From positions 55,106 through 119,105 of the forward strand of contig CAVOTH010000002.1 of NCBI GenBank assembly GCA_963699085.1: a stretch of DNA of 64,000 nt. The letters are read 5' to 3'. Made by a program: the position numbers and the translations under genes. The DNA comes from an uncultured Acidimicrobiales bacterium. Its GTDB lineage: Bacteria; Actinomycetota; Acidimicrobiia; Acidimicrobiales; RAAP-2. Of the stretch, positions 34,236 to 43,217 are shown in pieces; the first letter of the stretch is position 1; every line of letters begins with the position of its first letter. Under the pieces are notes generated by a model. It did not search any database, was not told where the DNA came from, and worked only from the letters and a program-made list of their open reading frames with translations.

Positions 34236-35288
34236 TCAGTGGATCAGTACCTTGAGGGCATTGTGATCGGCAGCGTGGCCGAAGACGTCGTAGGCCTCGA
34301 TCATCTGATCGAACGAGAACTCGTGGGTGACGAACTTGTCGGCCGGCAACTTGTGTTCGGCGACGAGTGACAGGAGCATCCCGAGGGTGTTGGTGTTGAC
34401 CAGCCCCATCGAGATGTCGATGTTCTTGATCCAGAGCTCGTTGAGAGCCAGGTCGACCGACTTGCCATGCACGCCGATGTTGGCCACGTTGCCCCCGGGA
34501 CGGACGATCACCGTCGCCATGGTGAACGTCTCCGGCCTGCCGACGGCCTCGATGGCCACGTCGACGCCGAGACCGTCGGTGAGCGCCAACACCTGGTCCT
34601 TCCAGTCCGGATCTCCCGAGTTCACGGTGCTGGTGGCGCCGAAGTCCTTGGCCCTCGACAGGCGGGCATCGTCCAGATCGATGGCGATGATCTTGGAAGG
34701 GCCGTAGAGACGGGCGGTCATGACAGCGGAGAGCCCGACCGGTCCCGAGCCGATCACAGCTACGACGTCGCCCGGCTGCACGTGTCCGTACTGGACCCCA
34801 ATTTCGAAGCCGGTCGGGAGGATGTCCGACAGGAGGATCCCTTCGGCGTCCGTCATCCCCTCGGGAAGTCGGTAGACCGAGTTCTCCGCGAACGGGACCC
34901 TGACGTACTCGGCTTGGGTCCCGTCGATCATGTACCCGAAGATCCACCCGATCCCCGCCGTGCCTTCGGCGTCCTGACAGTGGCTGTAGAGACCCTTCCG
35001 GCAGTAGGAGCAGCGCCCACAGGAGCTGACGCACGACAGGATGACCCGGTCGCCCACGGCCAGTCGGGTGACCCCCTCGCCGATGTCGGTGATCACGCCG
35101 ATTCCCTCGTGGCCCAGGATGCGGCCGACCTCCACCTCGGGAACGTCGCCGTTGAGGATGTGGAGGTCCGTGCCGCAGATCGTGGTGGCCTGCATCTTGA
35201 CCACCACATCTGTCGGTTGCTCGATCTTCGGGTCGGGCACATGATCCCATCCCTTTTGACCGGGACCCTTGTAGACCAATGCTTTCAT
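34236..35288 (-). CDS. zinc-dependent alcohol dehydrogenase family protein
   Basis: MKALVYKGPG..., GHEGIGV, structural-Zn CGRCSYCRKG, GSGPVG. GGAGG lies 7 nt upstream of ATG 35288. Confidence 0.9.
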   Translation of the reverse strand: MKALVYKGPGQKGWDHVPDPKIEQPTDVVVKMQATTICGTDLHILNGDVPEVEVGRILGHEGIGVITDIGEGVTRLAVGDRVILSCVSSCGRCSYCRKGLYSHCQDAEGTAGIGWIFGYMIDGTQAEYVRVPFAENSVYRLPEGMTDAEGILLSDILPTGFEIGVQYGHVQPGDVVAVIGSGPVGLSAVMTARLYGPSKIIAIDLDDARLSRAKDFGATSTVNSGDPDWKDQVLALTDGLGVDVAIEAVGRPETFTMATVIVRPGGNVANIGVHGKSVDLALNELWIKNIDISMGLVNTNTLGMLLSLVAEHKLPADKFVTHEFSFDQMIEAYDVFGHAADHNALKVLIH

Positions 35289-35663
35289 GACGGACCTCCT
35301 GCACTGGGTAGTCCGAGCAGCTCCGTGCGACTCGCGAGACCGGTTTCCACCGCTGTCCGGTGGTCCGTTCTCCACCCTCGAGGGTAGGCGCCGGGTCGGG
35401 CGTCGAATAGTGCCGAAAGTCCCTGCGTAGGTAAGCCGGGGACTTCATCTTGTCGGGGCGGGGGGCCGAGGATCGCATGGGAGATCACGTTCTCGACTCC
35501 GAAGCCCGGAAAGATCGGGACCACCGCCGGCCTGGTCGCCAAGGGTGGGGCCTCGAAGAAGCCCGTGGTCTTCAAGGTGGCTGCATCGAGCGCACGGTCA
35601 ACTTCTCGAGTGCAGCCAAGGTCACCAAGACCATCAAGGTGACGTGACCTTGGCTGATTCGCC

Positions 35664-36521
35664 CTAGCAGCAAGGAATGCTCGCGGGTTGATCGATGTGG
35701 TGGGTGAGCAGTCCCATCAACTGGTCCGTCACCAGTTCCACCGTCCGTTGACTGAGCACGGTGCCGTCGAGATGATTGAGCCACTGCTCCTCCTGGCGAC
35801 CTTCGCACACCAGGACGCCGGCGACCGTCGCCCATCCGGCATCGAGCCTCGGTCCGCCCGGCCCCCAGACCACGACCACCGGCTTGACGGTGACGGCGAT
35901 CCGGCCGGGACTGTCGCCGAGCAGTACCTCGACCCGTGATGCGCTGCCCCGCGCCGTTGACAGCGGATTCCGACCATGGATCCCGGCGATAGCTGTCCGA
36001 CCGATTTCACACTTCTTCGAAGCCCACCGCGATTCGATGACGTATACGCCACCGGGACCGACGAGCACGTGGTCAACGACTCCATGGTCCCGCAGGTAGC
36101 TGCTGTCCACGATCCGCCAGCCCTTGCGCCGCTGTCTGGCGCAGGCGACGGCTCTGGCTGTCGCCTCCTCGCCCAGCCTGCTCAAGCTCCGGCGATGGGA
36201 CCGTGCCAGCCCGATCGTCAGCCACGCACTGGAGGTGAGTGCTGACGCCGCCAGGACTGCGAGCATGACGTCCCGGTCCTTGACCGGCAAGGCTGAGGTG
36301 AGCACCGCCTCACCGAGCAGGATCACCACGACGACGATGCACACCCGGACGATCGGGATCCTGTACGCCGCTCTGAAGCGGGCACCTCTCCTCGTCCGGC
36401 TCACGTGCCCGCCCCTATGAGTCCCCATAGAGCACATATATCGACTCCCAGCTGGCCTTTCTGAAGCTCCGGGCCACATCCGGAAGTGCTGGGAGCTCGC
36501 CTTGCCAACAGCTGCATCCAT
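35664..36521 (-). CDS. membrane-anchored NERD domain protein
   Basis: Two N-terminal TM helices, then GWRIVDSSYLRDHGVVDHVLVGPGGVYVIESR (NERD core pattern). The start codon is uncertain among four in-frame Met codons. Confidence 0.7.
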   Translation of the reverse strand: MDAAVGKASSQHFRMWPGASERPAGSRYMCSMGTHRGGHVSRTRRGARFRAAYRIPIVRVCIVVVVILLGEAVLTSALPVKDRDVMLAVLAASALTSSAWLTIGLARSHRRSLSRLGEEATARAVACARQRRKGWRIVDSSYLRDHGVVDHVLVGPGGVYVIESRWASKKCEIGRTAIAGIHGRNPLSTARGSASRVEVLLGDSPGRIAVTVKPVVVVWGPGGPRLDAGWATVAGVLVCEGRQEEQWLNHLDGTVLSQRTVELVTDQLMGLLTHHIDQPASIPCC

Positions 36522-36567
36522 GCCAAGACAGTCGACTACGAGGACGGACGAACTGCCGGCGGGCGGG

Positions 36568-38148
36568 TCAGTCGTGGATCACCTTCCACCACCAGCCAGG
36601 ATCGGGTAGGTGGTGCGCCATGCGGACGGGTACCTTCTCGGTCTGGGACCCCAGGGAGTAACGGACTGCGCCCGTCGGCCCGGTGCCGTCCTGCTCCCCG
36701 GATGCCGCCCTCGAGGTGATCGTGGCGGTCACCAGTTGGCCTGGGACACCGAGTAGCCATGCGGCATGGGTCGCCACTACGGGCACCACCCGTCGGGACC
36801 CTCCCCATTCGGTGCTGGCGGCGGCGACGGTCTGTCCGGCGGCGACGACCGGGACCGGCACGATGGCCGCTTCCGAGACGTCGAGTAGGCGCTCGACGAT
36901 CGGCTCGGTATACAGGAGCGGGTACTGCGCCTCGATGGGGTTGTAGGGCGCAGTGGTCGAGGTGGTGGTCGGGCTGGCCGGCGCCGTCGTGGTGGTGGTC
37001 GGACTGGTCGCGGTAGAGGAAGCGGGAGGCTGGGGAGGAGGTGGAGCGGCCTCCTTCTGCCCGAGCGCGGAGGCCAGCACCAGTACGGAGCGGCCGTCGA
37101 TCGATCGCATCCCGGCCAGGACCATGCATCCGGAGGCCTGGGATGTGTAACCGGACTTCACCCCGATGATCCCGTCGGAACCGATTTTGGTGACGATGTT
37201 GTTGACCATGCCCACCCCCGGCAGGTTCACCTTGGCCATCCCGGCCACGCTGGCGAACGTCGGGATAGCCATCCCGGCGGCGGCGATGCGGAGGGTGTCG
37301 GCCGCCGTCGACATGGTCTGCGGATCGAATCCACTGGTGTCCACATAGTGGGAGTTGACGGCCCCGAGCGAAGTGGCCAGCGCGTTCATCTTGGCCACGA
37401 ATGCCGGCTGCGAGCCGGCGTCCCATGTGGCCAGTGTGTAGGCGGCATCATTGGCCGACTGGACGATGAGGGCCTCGACGAGTTGCAGTTCGGAGAGCGT
37501 CTCCCCGGCGGCCAGAGGGATGTTGGTCTCGTCGTTGGCGAGGTCGATACCGAACTGGGCCGCTTCGCCCGGTGTGATGGTGATGGTCGGCCCGCTACTG
37601 CCCAGGGGTATCGGGTGGTCGCGCAGGACGACCACGGCAGTTGTCATCTTGGCCAATGAGGCGATGGGCACCGGCTGTTCCGGTCCGGACTGCTCGGCAT
37701 AGCCCAGGGCCGGGATGGCTACTGCGGCCTGGCCGCCGGTCGGCCAAGGGGGGACCGGAGAGGTTCCGGGCACGATGGAAGTGGTGAGTCGACCGGTCGC
37801 TACCGTGGGCTGGGGTGTCGGGCGGTCGATTCTCCGGGCCGCCACCAGGCCCGCCGTGGCCAGCGCCACCACCAGGAGTCCGACTGAACACCAGAGGATG
37901 ATCCGATGGTGACGCCGCCGCCGTGCATGTTGCGGCCGGAGGATGGTGGGATCATCGGCTACTGGCGGTGCAGCGGACGCATCGGAGGGGCCAGCAGCGC
38001 TGACGTCCCCGTTGTCGACGGAGGAGAGTGTGGCGGTCGAGGTCGCCATCGTGGTCGCCGAGGTGTTCACTCCGGAAGCCGGCAGACCCGAAGAGTCGAC
38101 CCCGTCCGTCCGGTCGGGGTCGTTACCGCTGACCTCGCCGTCGTTCAC
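36568..38148 (-). CDS. D-alanyl-D-alanine carboxypeptidase (peptidase S11) with long low-complexity N-terminal tail and TM anchor
   Basis: SLAK (SxxK), SAND (SxN) and KSGYT (KTG-like). GTG 38148 is preceded by GGGAGG. A Thr/Pro-rich linker precedes the C-terminal domain. Confidence 0.85.
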   Translation of the reverse strand: MNDGEVSGNDPDRTDGVDSSGLPASGVNTSATTMATSTATLSSVDNGDVSAAGPSDASAAPPVADDPTILRPQHARRRRHHRIILWCSVGLLVVALATAGLVAARRIDRPTPQPTVATGRLTTSIVPGTSPVPPWPTGGQAAVAIPALGYAEQSGPEQPVPIASLAKMTTAVVVLRDHPIPLGSSGPTITITPGEAAQFGIDLANDETNIPLAAGETLSELQLVEALIVQSANDAAYTLATWDAGSQPAFVAKMNALATSLGAVNSHYVDTSGFDPQTMSTAADTLRIAAAGMAIPTFASVAGMAKVNLPGVGMVNNIVTKIGSDGIIGVKSGYTSQASGCMVLAGMRSIDGRSVLVLASALGQKEAAPPPPQPPASSTATSPTTTTTAPASPTTTSTTAPYNPIEAQYPLLYTEPIVERLLDVSEAAIVPVPVVAAGQTVAAASTEWGGSRRVVPVVATHAAWLLGVPGQLVTATITSRAASGEQDGTGPTGAVRYSLGSQTEKVPVRMAHHLPDPGWWWKVIHD

Positions 38149-38410
38149 TGAGCCTCCCGTTCCTCAGCCGTACTGATCAAAAATTGTCGACGCGTACCCT
38201 GCGGTGCATCCCCGTGCTGCTGTAATCCTGGCACGACCGGACCGGTTCGCAGCGGCAAGCAGCCGGACTGCCCAGAGCTCTTTGGTGGCGCAGATCGAGG
38301 TTGTCTGCGCAACCATCACCGGGCCGTTGGCCCCGTTGACGTCGACTAGCCGTTTGGCTAGTTCGGCCGTGGCCCAACGGCCGAGGTGGCGCACCTAGGG
38401 GGTCCCCGTC

Positions 38411-39441
38411 ATGGCAGAGATCGACGACGCCAAGGAGAAGTTGGCCGAAGTCCGAAAGGTCGGTGCCGACTACGAGGAGCACCAGCAGTTGACCGGGCTC
38501 GACATCCCGGTGGATGTGGTGCACTTCAAGAAGTTTCCGTCGTCGATCCGCACGGAAGGTACAAAAAGGTCGGTCACGACACCCGGTCCGACATCAGTCC
38601 GGAGGACAGTCTGGAATTGCCGGACTGCAGCGGTCCGTTCAACGCGGATCTCCGGTTCTCGGATTTCGCCAATGAGGCGCTCATCGACATGTTGGAGCTG
38701 AGCGACGAGTACTACCGGGCGTGCATCGCCGGTTGGGCGGACTCGGTTGCCGAACGGTACGGACGTGACGAGATGCTCAAGATCCAGACCGAGGCGTGGC
38801 GGGACATGATTCTCCCCCAGCTGCAGGTGATGATCGACAGTTGGATGGAACTCACCGACGACGAGGCCGCCGCGCTCATCGCCGACACACAGACGGAAGT
38901 GACGACCCAGCTGGCGGCGCGGGGCGCCGTAATCATCAACCCCTACAAGCCCGAGCCGGGATGGGTTGACTACTCGAAGGAGCGCCTGGTGAAGCTGGCG
39001 CTCGGAAGCCACGAGTACCTGCTGGCGGCCATCGAGTCGTGGGCCTTCGCCATCGTCATGCGCGATGGCCTCGCCGAGATGTTCGCCTTCCAGTGGGCGC
39101 TGTGGAGTGACCTGCTGTTGCCTGCGGCGAAGGACATCAAGGCACGTTGGATGAACATCTCCGGTGACGCGGTCGAAGCATTCATGAAGGACATTCAGGT
39201 GGACGTCAACAAATGCATCTCGGTCGACCAGTGGGAGGCGATGGGTCGGTCAGACATCGCCGAAAAGGCGTTTCACACGTCATGTCCGGCCGCCATCATC
39301 GAGACGGCGAAGATGTACAACCCGAACATGAAGGTCGAGATCCTGGCCATTCCACCCCGTGTCAGCAAGGACGACGTCTGCTGCAAGTGGCGGCTCTCCA
39401 TCCGGGACGAATCAGATCCCGAGTACGTTCACACCGACTGA
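38411..39441 (+). pseudogene. hypothetical protein, reading frame changes at an A5 run
   Basis: Frame 2 from ATG 38411 (MAEIDDAKEKLAEVRKVGADYEEHQQLTGLDIPVDVVHFKKF...) has good third-position bias up to about 38565. From there frame 1 (...KKVGHDTRSDISPEDSLELPDCSGPFNADLRFSDF... to stop 39441) carries the bias. The A5 run at 38563-38567 sits at the junction. Confidence 0.6.
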
Positions 39442-39462
39442 GGTATACCGGCGGAATTCCGG

Positions 39463-40062
39463 TTAGGACAGCCGCGGCGCGCTGATCGGGGGAAGGAGGC
39501 GTCGAGCCAATCGCTCGAGCTGGGATCGCAGTGTCTCGTCGTCGAGTCCGGCCACCATCGGGTGCATCACCGTCCCGCTGATCGCCGCGGTGAACATGGC
39601 CGTGGATACCCGAGCCTCGTGCCCGTTGTCATCGCTGAAGAGGACGCTGCTCATCCGGTCCATCACCTGACGGAACGAATTGTGTTCGGCAAAGGTCCGG
39701 ATGATGACCGGATCGTTCAGGATCGTGCTCACTGTGCGCCGGTGAGCAACGGCGAGATCGATCATCCCCGTCACCAGCTTCTTCCGGGCCCGCACCCGTG
39801 ATGGCTCGGCTTCAGCCGCCCCTACGATTGCCTCCAGACTCGCCAGCTCGGCTTCGGCGGCGGCGAGGACGATCTCGTCCTTGGTGTTGTACTGATGGTA
39901 GACAGCGGCCTTGGTCACGCCGATGTTGTCGGCGATCATCTGCAACGAGGTGCCTCCAACGCCGTTCCGGGCGAACAACTCCAGGGCAGCACTGATGATT
40001 CGGGCCTTTGCCGCACTGGGTACGGGATGGGCAGTCCCGCGAAAACTGCCCGGATCGCCCAT
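39463..40062 (-). CDS. TetR/AcrR family transcriptional regulator
   Basis: ARIISAALELFARNGVGGTSLQMIADNIGVTKAAVYHQYNTKDEI. Confidence 0.9.
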   Translation of the reverse strand: MGDPGSFRGTAHPVPSAAKARIISAALELFARNGVGGTSLQMIADNIGVTKAAVYHQYNTKDEIVLAAAEAELASLEAIVGAAEAEPSRVRARKKLVTGMIDLAVAHRRTVSTILNDPVIIRTFAEHNSFRQVMDRMSSVLFSDDNGHEARVSTAMFTAAISGTVMHPMVAGLDDETLRSQLERLARRLLPPISAPRLS

Positions 40063-40078
40063 GGAGCCAGAGTATCGG

Positions 40079-41297
40079 TCAGACGAATCTGATGAGCTGG
40101 ACTGCGACGACGATCCAGGTCACTCCGACGATCGCCCCTAGCGGCCAGAGCCGTCTGGACGTGCCGAGCAGGACGATCCAGCTGAAGAGATAGACGTCAT
40201 CGAGGCTCCGGAATCCGACCTTGCCGATCCAGATCGCCGAAGCGATGCAGACAGTGAGGACGACGACGGCCACCCACGCCAGGCGCTCGTGCAACGGAGC
40301 CGACGACGCGCGGATCCACAGGCCGGCAGCGATCACCACAATGGCCAGGACGACGAACTCCCCCAGCCACAGCAGCGAGGCGACGTGGAACGGGTGGGGA
40401 AGGTATTGGCGGAGACCATCCACCATGCCCACGAACGGTGTCCCCAGATTGGCCTGCCCACTGGCCGTGAGCGGAAGTGTCCCCGTGCCGGCGCGCGACG
40501 ACCAGCTGCCAGATGGCGAAGCCGACAAGAGGAATACTCCAAGCGAAATCGATGGTGCCGGGCGGACGCGGATCGCGTCGCATCATCCATCGGATGACCC
40601 TCGTGGCGGCAATGACCAGGACCACGTAGACGGCCGTCTCCTTGGACAACACCGCGCCCAGAAGCAGCGCCGCGGCGAGCCACGACCGGTCCCTCCGGTA
40701 GCAGTACAGGCCGAGTACCAGGAATGCCGCCGCGGTGATCTCGGTGAGGTCTCGGCCGGCGCTCCACAGGTAGCCCCAGTATCCGGCCAGGACGAGGCCC
40801 CACATCGCGTGGCGGCCGCTGTCCCGGGCCAGTAGGCCTCCGCCGAAGCCGAGTGCGGCCAGCGCGAAGACGTTGGTGATGATGAGCGTGGCCGGAACCA
40901 GCGACCGCCGGCCGCCGGCCAGCATCCAGGCGATGGCCGGGTAACCGATGCGCTCGAGTCGCGAGAACGTGTCGAAGCGGATGCCGAACGCGGACCGGGC
41001 GAAGTCGAAGGGGTCCAGGGCCATCCGGTAGTAGAACTGCCCGTCATACCCGCTCTGGGCGGTGATGGCGATTCCCCGGGGCAGTGAGCCCCGGGAGAGG
41101 TTCTGACTTCCCACGACGATGAACAGCGATGCGTCTCCGTGGGCGGCCACAACGAGCCGGGCGACAACGAAGGCGGTTCCGGCCGCGGCGGTGACAAGCG
41201 CGACGACTGCGGGAGAATCGACCCGCTGAACCCAGTGCCCCGGTGGCTGCTCCGGTCCGTCAACTCCATCCGGGGCACGGGAGAACGCAGGTGTCAA
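40079..41297 (-). pseudogene. polytopic membrane protein (about 11 TM, GT-C-like by topology), frameshifted
   Basis: ORF 40197..41297 is hydrophobic and plausible up to ...FAIWQLVVAR, then turns R/G/P-rich. ORF 40079..40528 continues the TM pattern from RAGTGTLPLTASGQANLGTPFVGMVDGL.... The junction lies at the GCGCGCC stretch near 40490-40500. TTG start, 4 nt after the sqdB stop. Confidence 0.65.
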
Positions 41298-41301
41298 TGC
41301 G

Positions 41302-42495
41302 CTAGTTCATCAGGTCGGGAGCGACCTCCATGCCGGCTTTCCATACGGTCTTGGCGACGACCTTGGAGAAATCTGCACGGCTCGCATACTTCGATCCGAT
41401 CTCCCTTGTCTCCTCCAGGAGGCCATCGGAAAGAGTGGTGGCTTCCAGGCCCATCGCCAGGAAACGCTCGCTGGTCACACGGAGCTCGTTCTCCACCGCC
41501 TCGTTGCGGGGATTCGGAAGGTAGGCGATCTCCGCGCCGGTCAGTTTCGAGACCAGTTCGGCGAGCTCCCGTATCTGGTAGGTCTCGGTCACCTGGTTGT
41601 AGATGGAGACCTGTTCGCCCTTGACCGGAGGGTTGCCAATGGCGATCTCGATGCAGCGCACCGTGTCACGGATGTGGATGAAGGCCCTCGTCTGTCCACC
41701 GGTGCCGTGGACGGTCAGCGGATGGCCGATCGCTGCCTGCATGATGAAGCGGTTGAGCACCGTCCCGTAATCGCCGTCGTAGTCGAAGCGATTGATCAGC
41801 CGCTCATCCAGCGCCGTCTCGGCGGTCTGGGTGCCCCAGACGATGCCCTGGTGGAGGTCGGTGATCCGCACGCCGTCGTTCTTGGCGTAGAAGGCGAAGA
41901 GGAGCTGATCGAGCGTCTTGGTCAGGTGATAGACGGATCCCGGATTCGCCGGATGGAGGATCTCGCGCTCGAGCTGGCCCTCGGGTGTGGAGACCTGCAC
42001 GGTCAGGTAGCCCTCGGGGATCGGTGCCGAGCCCGACCAGCCGTAGCCGTAGACGCCCATCGTCCCGAGGTGTACCACGGCAATGTCGAGCCCCGACTCG
42101 ACGATGGCGCACAGCAGGTTGTGGGTGCCGGTGACGTTGTTGTCGATGGTGTAGCGCTTGGTGATGGAGTCGCGCATCGAATACGGTGCCGCTCGCTGCT
42201 CGGCGAAGTGCACGACGGCGTCCGGTCGGGTGTCGTGCAGTAGGGCGACGAGTCGGTCGTAGTCCTGAGCGAGGTTGAGTTCGACGAAGTCGATCACCTT
42301 GCCCGTGTGTTCGTGCCAGGCGGCCAGTCGCTCGTGGATCGGTCGGATGGGTGTCAGCGACTCGACTTCGAGTTGGACATCGATCATGCGCCGACTCAAA
42401 TTGTCGACGATGGTTACATCATGTCCGGCACGGGAAAGATGGAGCGTGGTCGGCCACCCGCAGAATCCGTCCCCCCCCAGCATGAGAATCTTCAC
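41302..42495 (-). CDS. sqdB: UDP-sulfoquinovose synthase (SQD1/SqdB/Agl3 family)
   Basis: By eye, similar along the full length to the plant SQD1 sequence as I recall it: LGGDGFCGW, VDNLSRR, ESLTPI, HFAEQRAAPYSM, HLGTMGVYG, SVYHLTK, TDLHQGIVWG, NRFDYDGDYGTVLNRF, PLTVHGTGGQTRAF. GTG 42495 is preceded by AGGAGGAG; the listed ATG 42531 is less likely. Confidence 0.85.
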   Translation of the reverse strand: MKILMLGGDGFCGWPTTLHLSRAGHDVTIVDNLSRRMIDVQLEVESLTPIRPIHERLAAWHEHTGKVIDFVELNLAQDYDRLVALLHDTRPDAVVHFAEQRAAPYSMRDSITKRYTIDNNVTGTHNLLCAIVESGLDIAVVHLGTMGVYGYGWSGSAPIPEGYLTVQVSTPEGQLEREILHPANPGSVYHLTKTLDQLLFAFYAKNDGVRITDLHQGIVWGTQTAETALDERLINRFDYDGDYGTVLNRFIMQAAIGHPLTVHGTGGQTRAFIHIRDTVRCIEIAIGNPPVKGEQVSIYNQVTETYQIRELAELVSKLTGAEIAYLPNPRNEAVENELRVTSERFLAMGLEATTLSDGLLEETREIGSKYASRADFSKVVAKTVWKAGMEVAPDLMN

Positions 42496-42548
42496 GTCGC
42501 TCTCCTCCTGCGAAGCCGCAACTATGGACATCAGTACTCAGAGGCGAC

Positions 42549-43217
42549 TTGATAGACACTATCCCTTGTCGGCGGCAATACGGAATTTTTACCGCACAGC
42601 GTGAAGTTGCTGTCTCAGGCACCAGGGGCGACCGGTATGGCGAATGGGAAGGCAGATACAGTACTGACCTGATCTCCGCCCGCCGCCGGCAAACTGCCCT
42701 TCCTGACCCGGCCATCGCCGCTACCGCCATCGAGACAGCCCCGGGATGGTCCGGCGAACCGCCTCTGACGCCTTCGGAGGCACGTCCACGGCGCTTTCGA
42801 GCGGTCCTGAGTGTCACCGTCGCAGGGCTGCTCGTGACGGTGATCGCCGTCACGGCTACGTACCAACAACACGCCCGGGTTACACCCTCGCTCACCTCGG
42901 CCCGGTCCGAGCTGAGCCGGGAGCTTGTCCAGTCGAGCGCTGACCAGAGCCAGCTGGATTCTACCGACGGACAGGTCGACGCGGCCGAGCGGTCCTTGGC
43001 CTCCGATACGGCTCTGCTGACCAAGGACCGGGCGCAGCTGGCGGACACCGAGGCACGCACGGATCTGCAGGGTGTCAACATCGCCGATCTCCACCTCTGC
43101 CTCGCCGGGGTGGAGCGGGCGCTCAATCAGTTCGCTCTCGGCGATCGCACCGGCGCGATCACCATCTTGGGCACGGTGACCAGTTCCTGTCGGGGAGCAG
43201 GGCCGGTCGGGACATGA
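42549..43217 (+). CDS. hypothetical TM-anchored coiled-coil protein with C-terminal Cys pair
   Basis: TM helix AVLSVTVAGLLVTVIAVTA, a heptad-like Q/S/D/L-rich region, then HLCLAGVERALNQFALGDRTGAITILGTVTSSC. The only in-frame start is TTG 42549 and the first ~15 codons are A/T-ending, so the start is uncertain. Confidence 0.55.
   Translation: MIDTIPCRRQYGIFTAQREVAVSGTRGDRYGEWEGRYSTDLISARRRQTALPDPAIAATAIETAPGWSGEPPLTPSEARPRRFRAVLSVTVAGLLVTVIAVTATYQQHARVTPSLTSARSELSRELVQSSADQSQLDSTDGQVDAAERSLASDTALLTKDRAQLADTEARTDLQGVNIADLHLCLAGVERALNQFALGDRTGAITILGTVTSSCRGAGPVGT

Noticed and set aside
38164-38394. A 76-aa minus-strand ORF (GTG start) upstream of the DD-carboxypeptidase gene, and three small hairpins in the same 262-bp spacer (38288-38310, 38346-38361, 38365-38382).
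   Set aside because: Third-position G/C bias is clearly weaker than in real genes here, and I recognise no family. Stems of 6-7 bp are expected by chance in GC-rich DNA. I left the region as an unannotated divergent promoter region.
38563-38567. Programmed -1 ribosomal frameshifting at the A5 run.
   Set aside because: The site is not an X_XXY_YYZ heptamer, I saw no obvious downstream pseudoknot or hairpin, and seven other frame breaks in the window look like plain indels. I kept it as a low-probability alternative in the finding.
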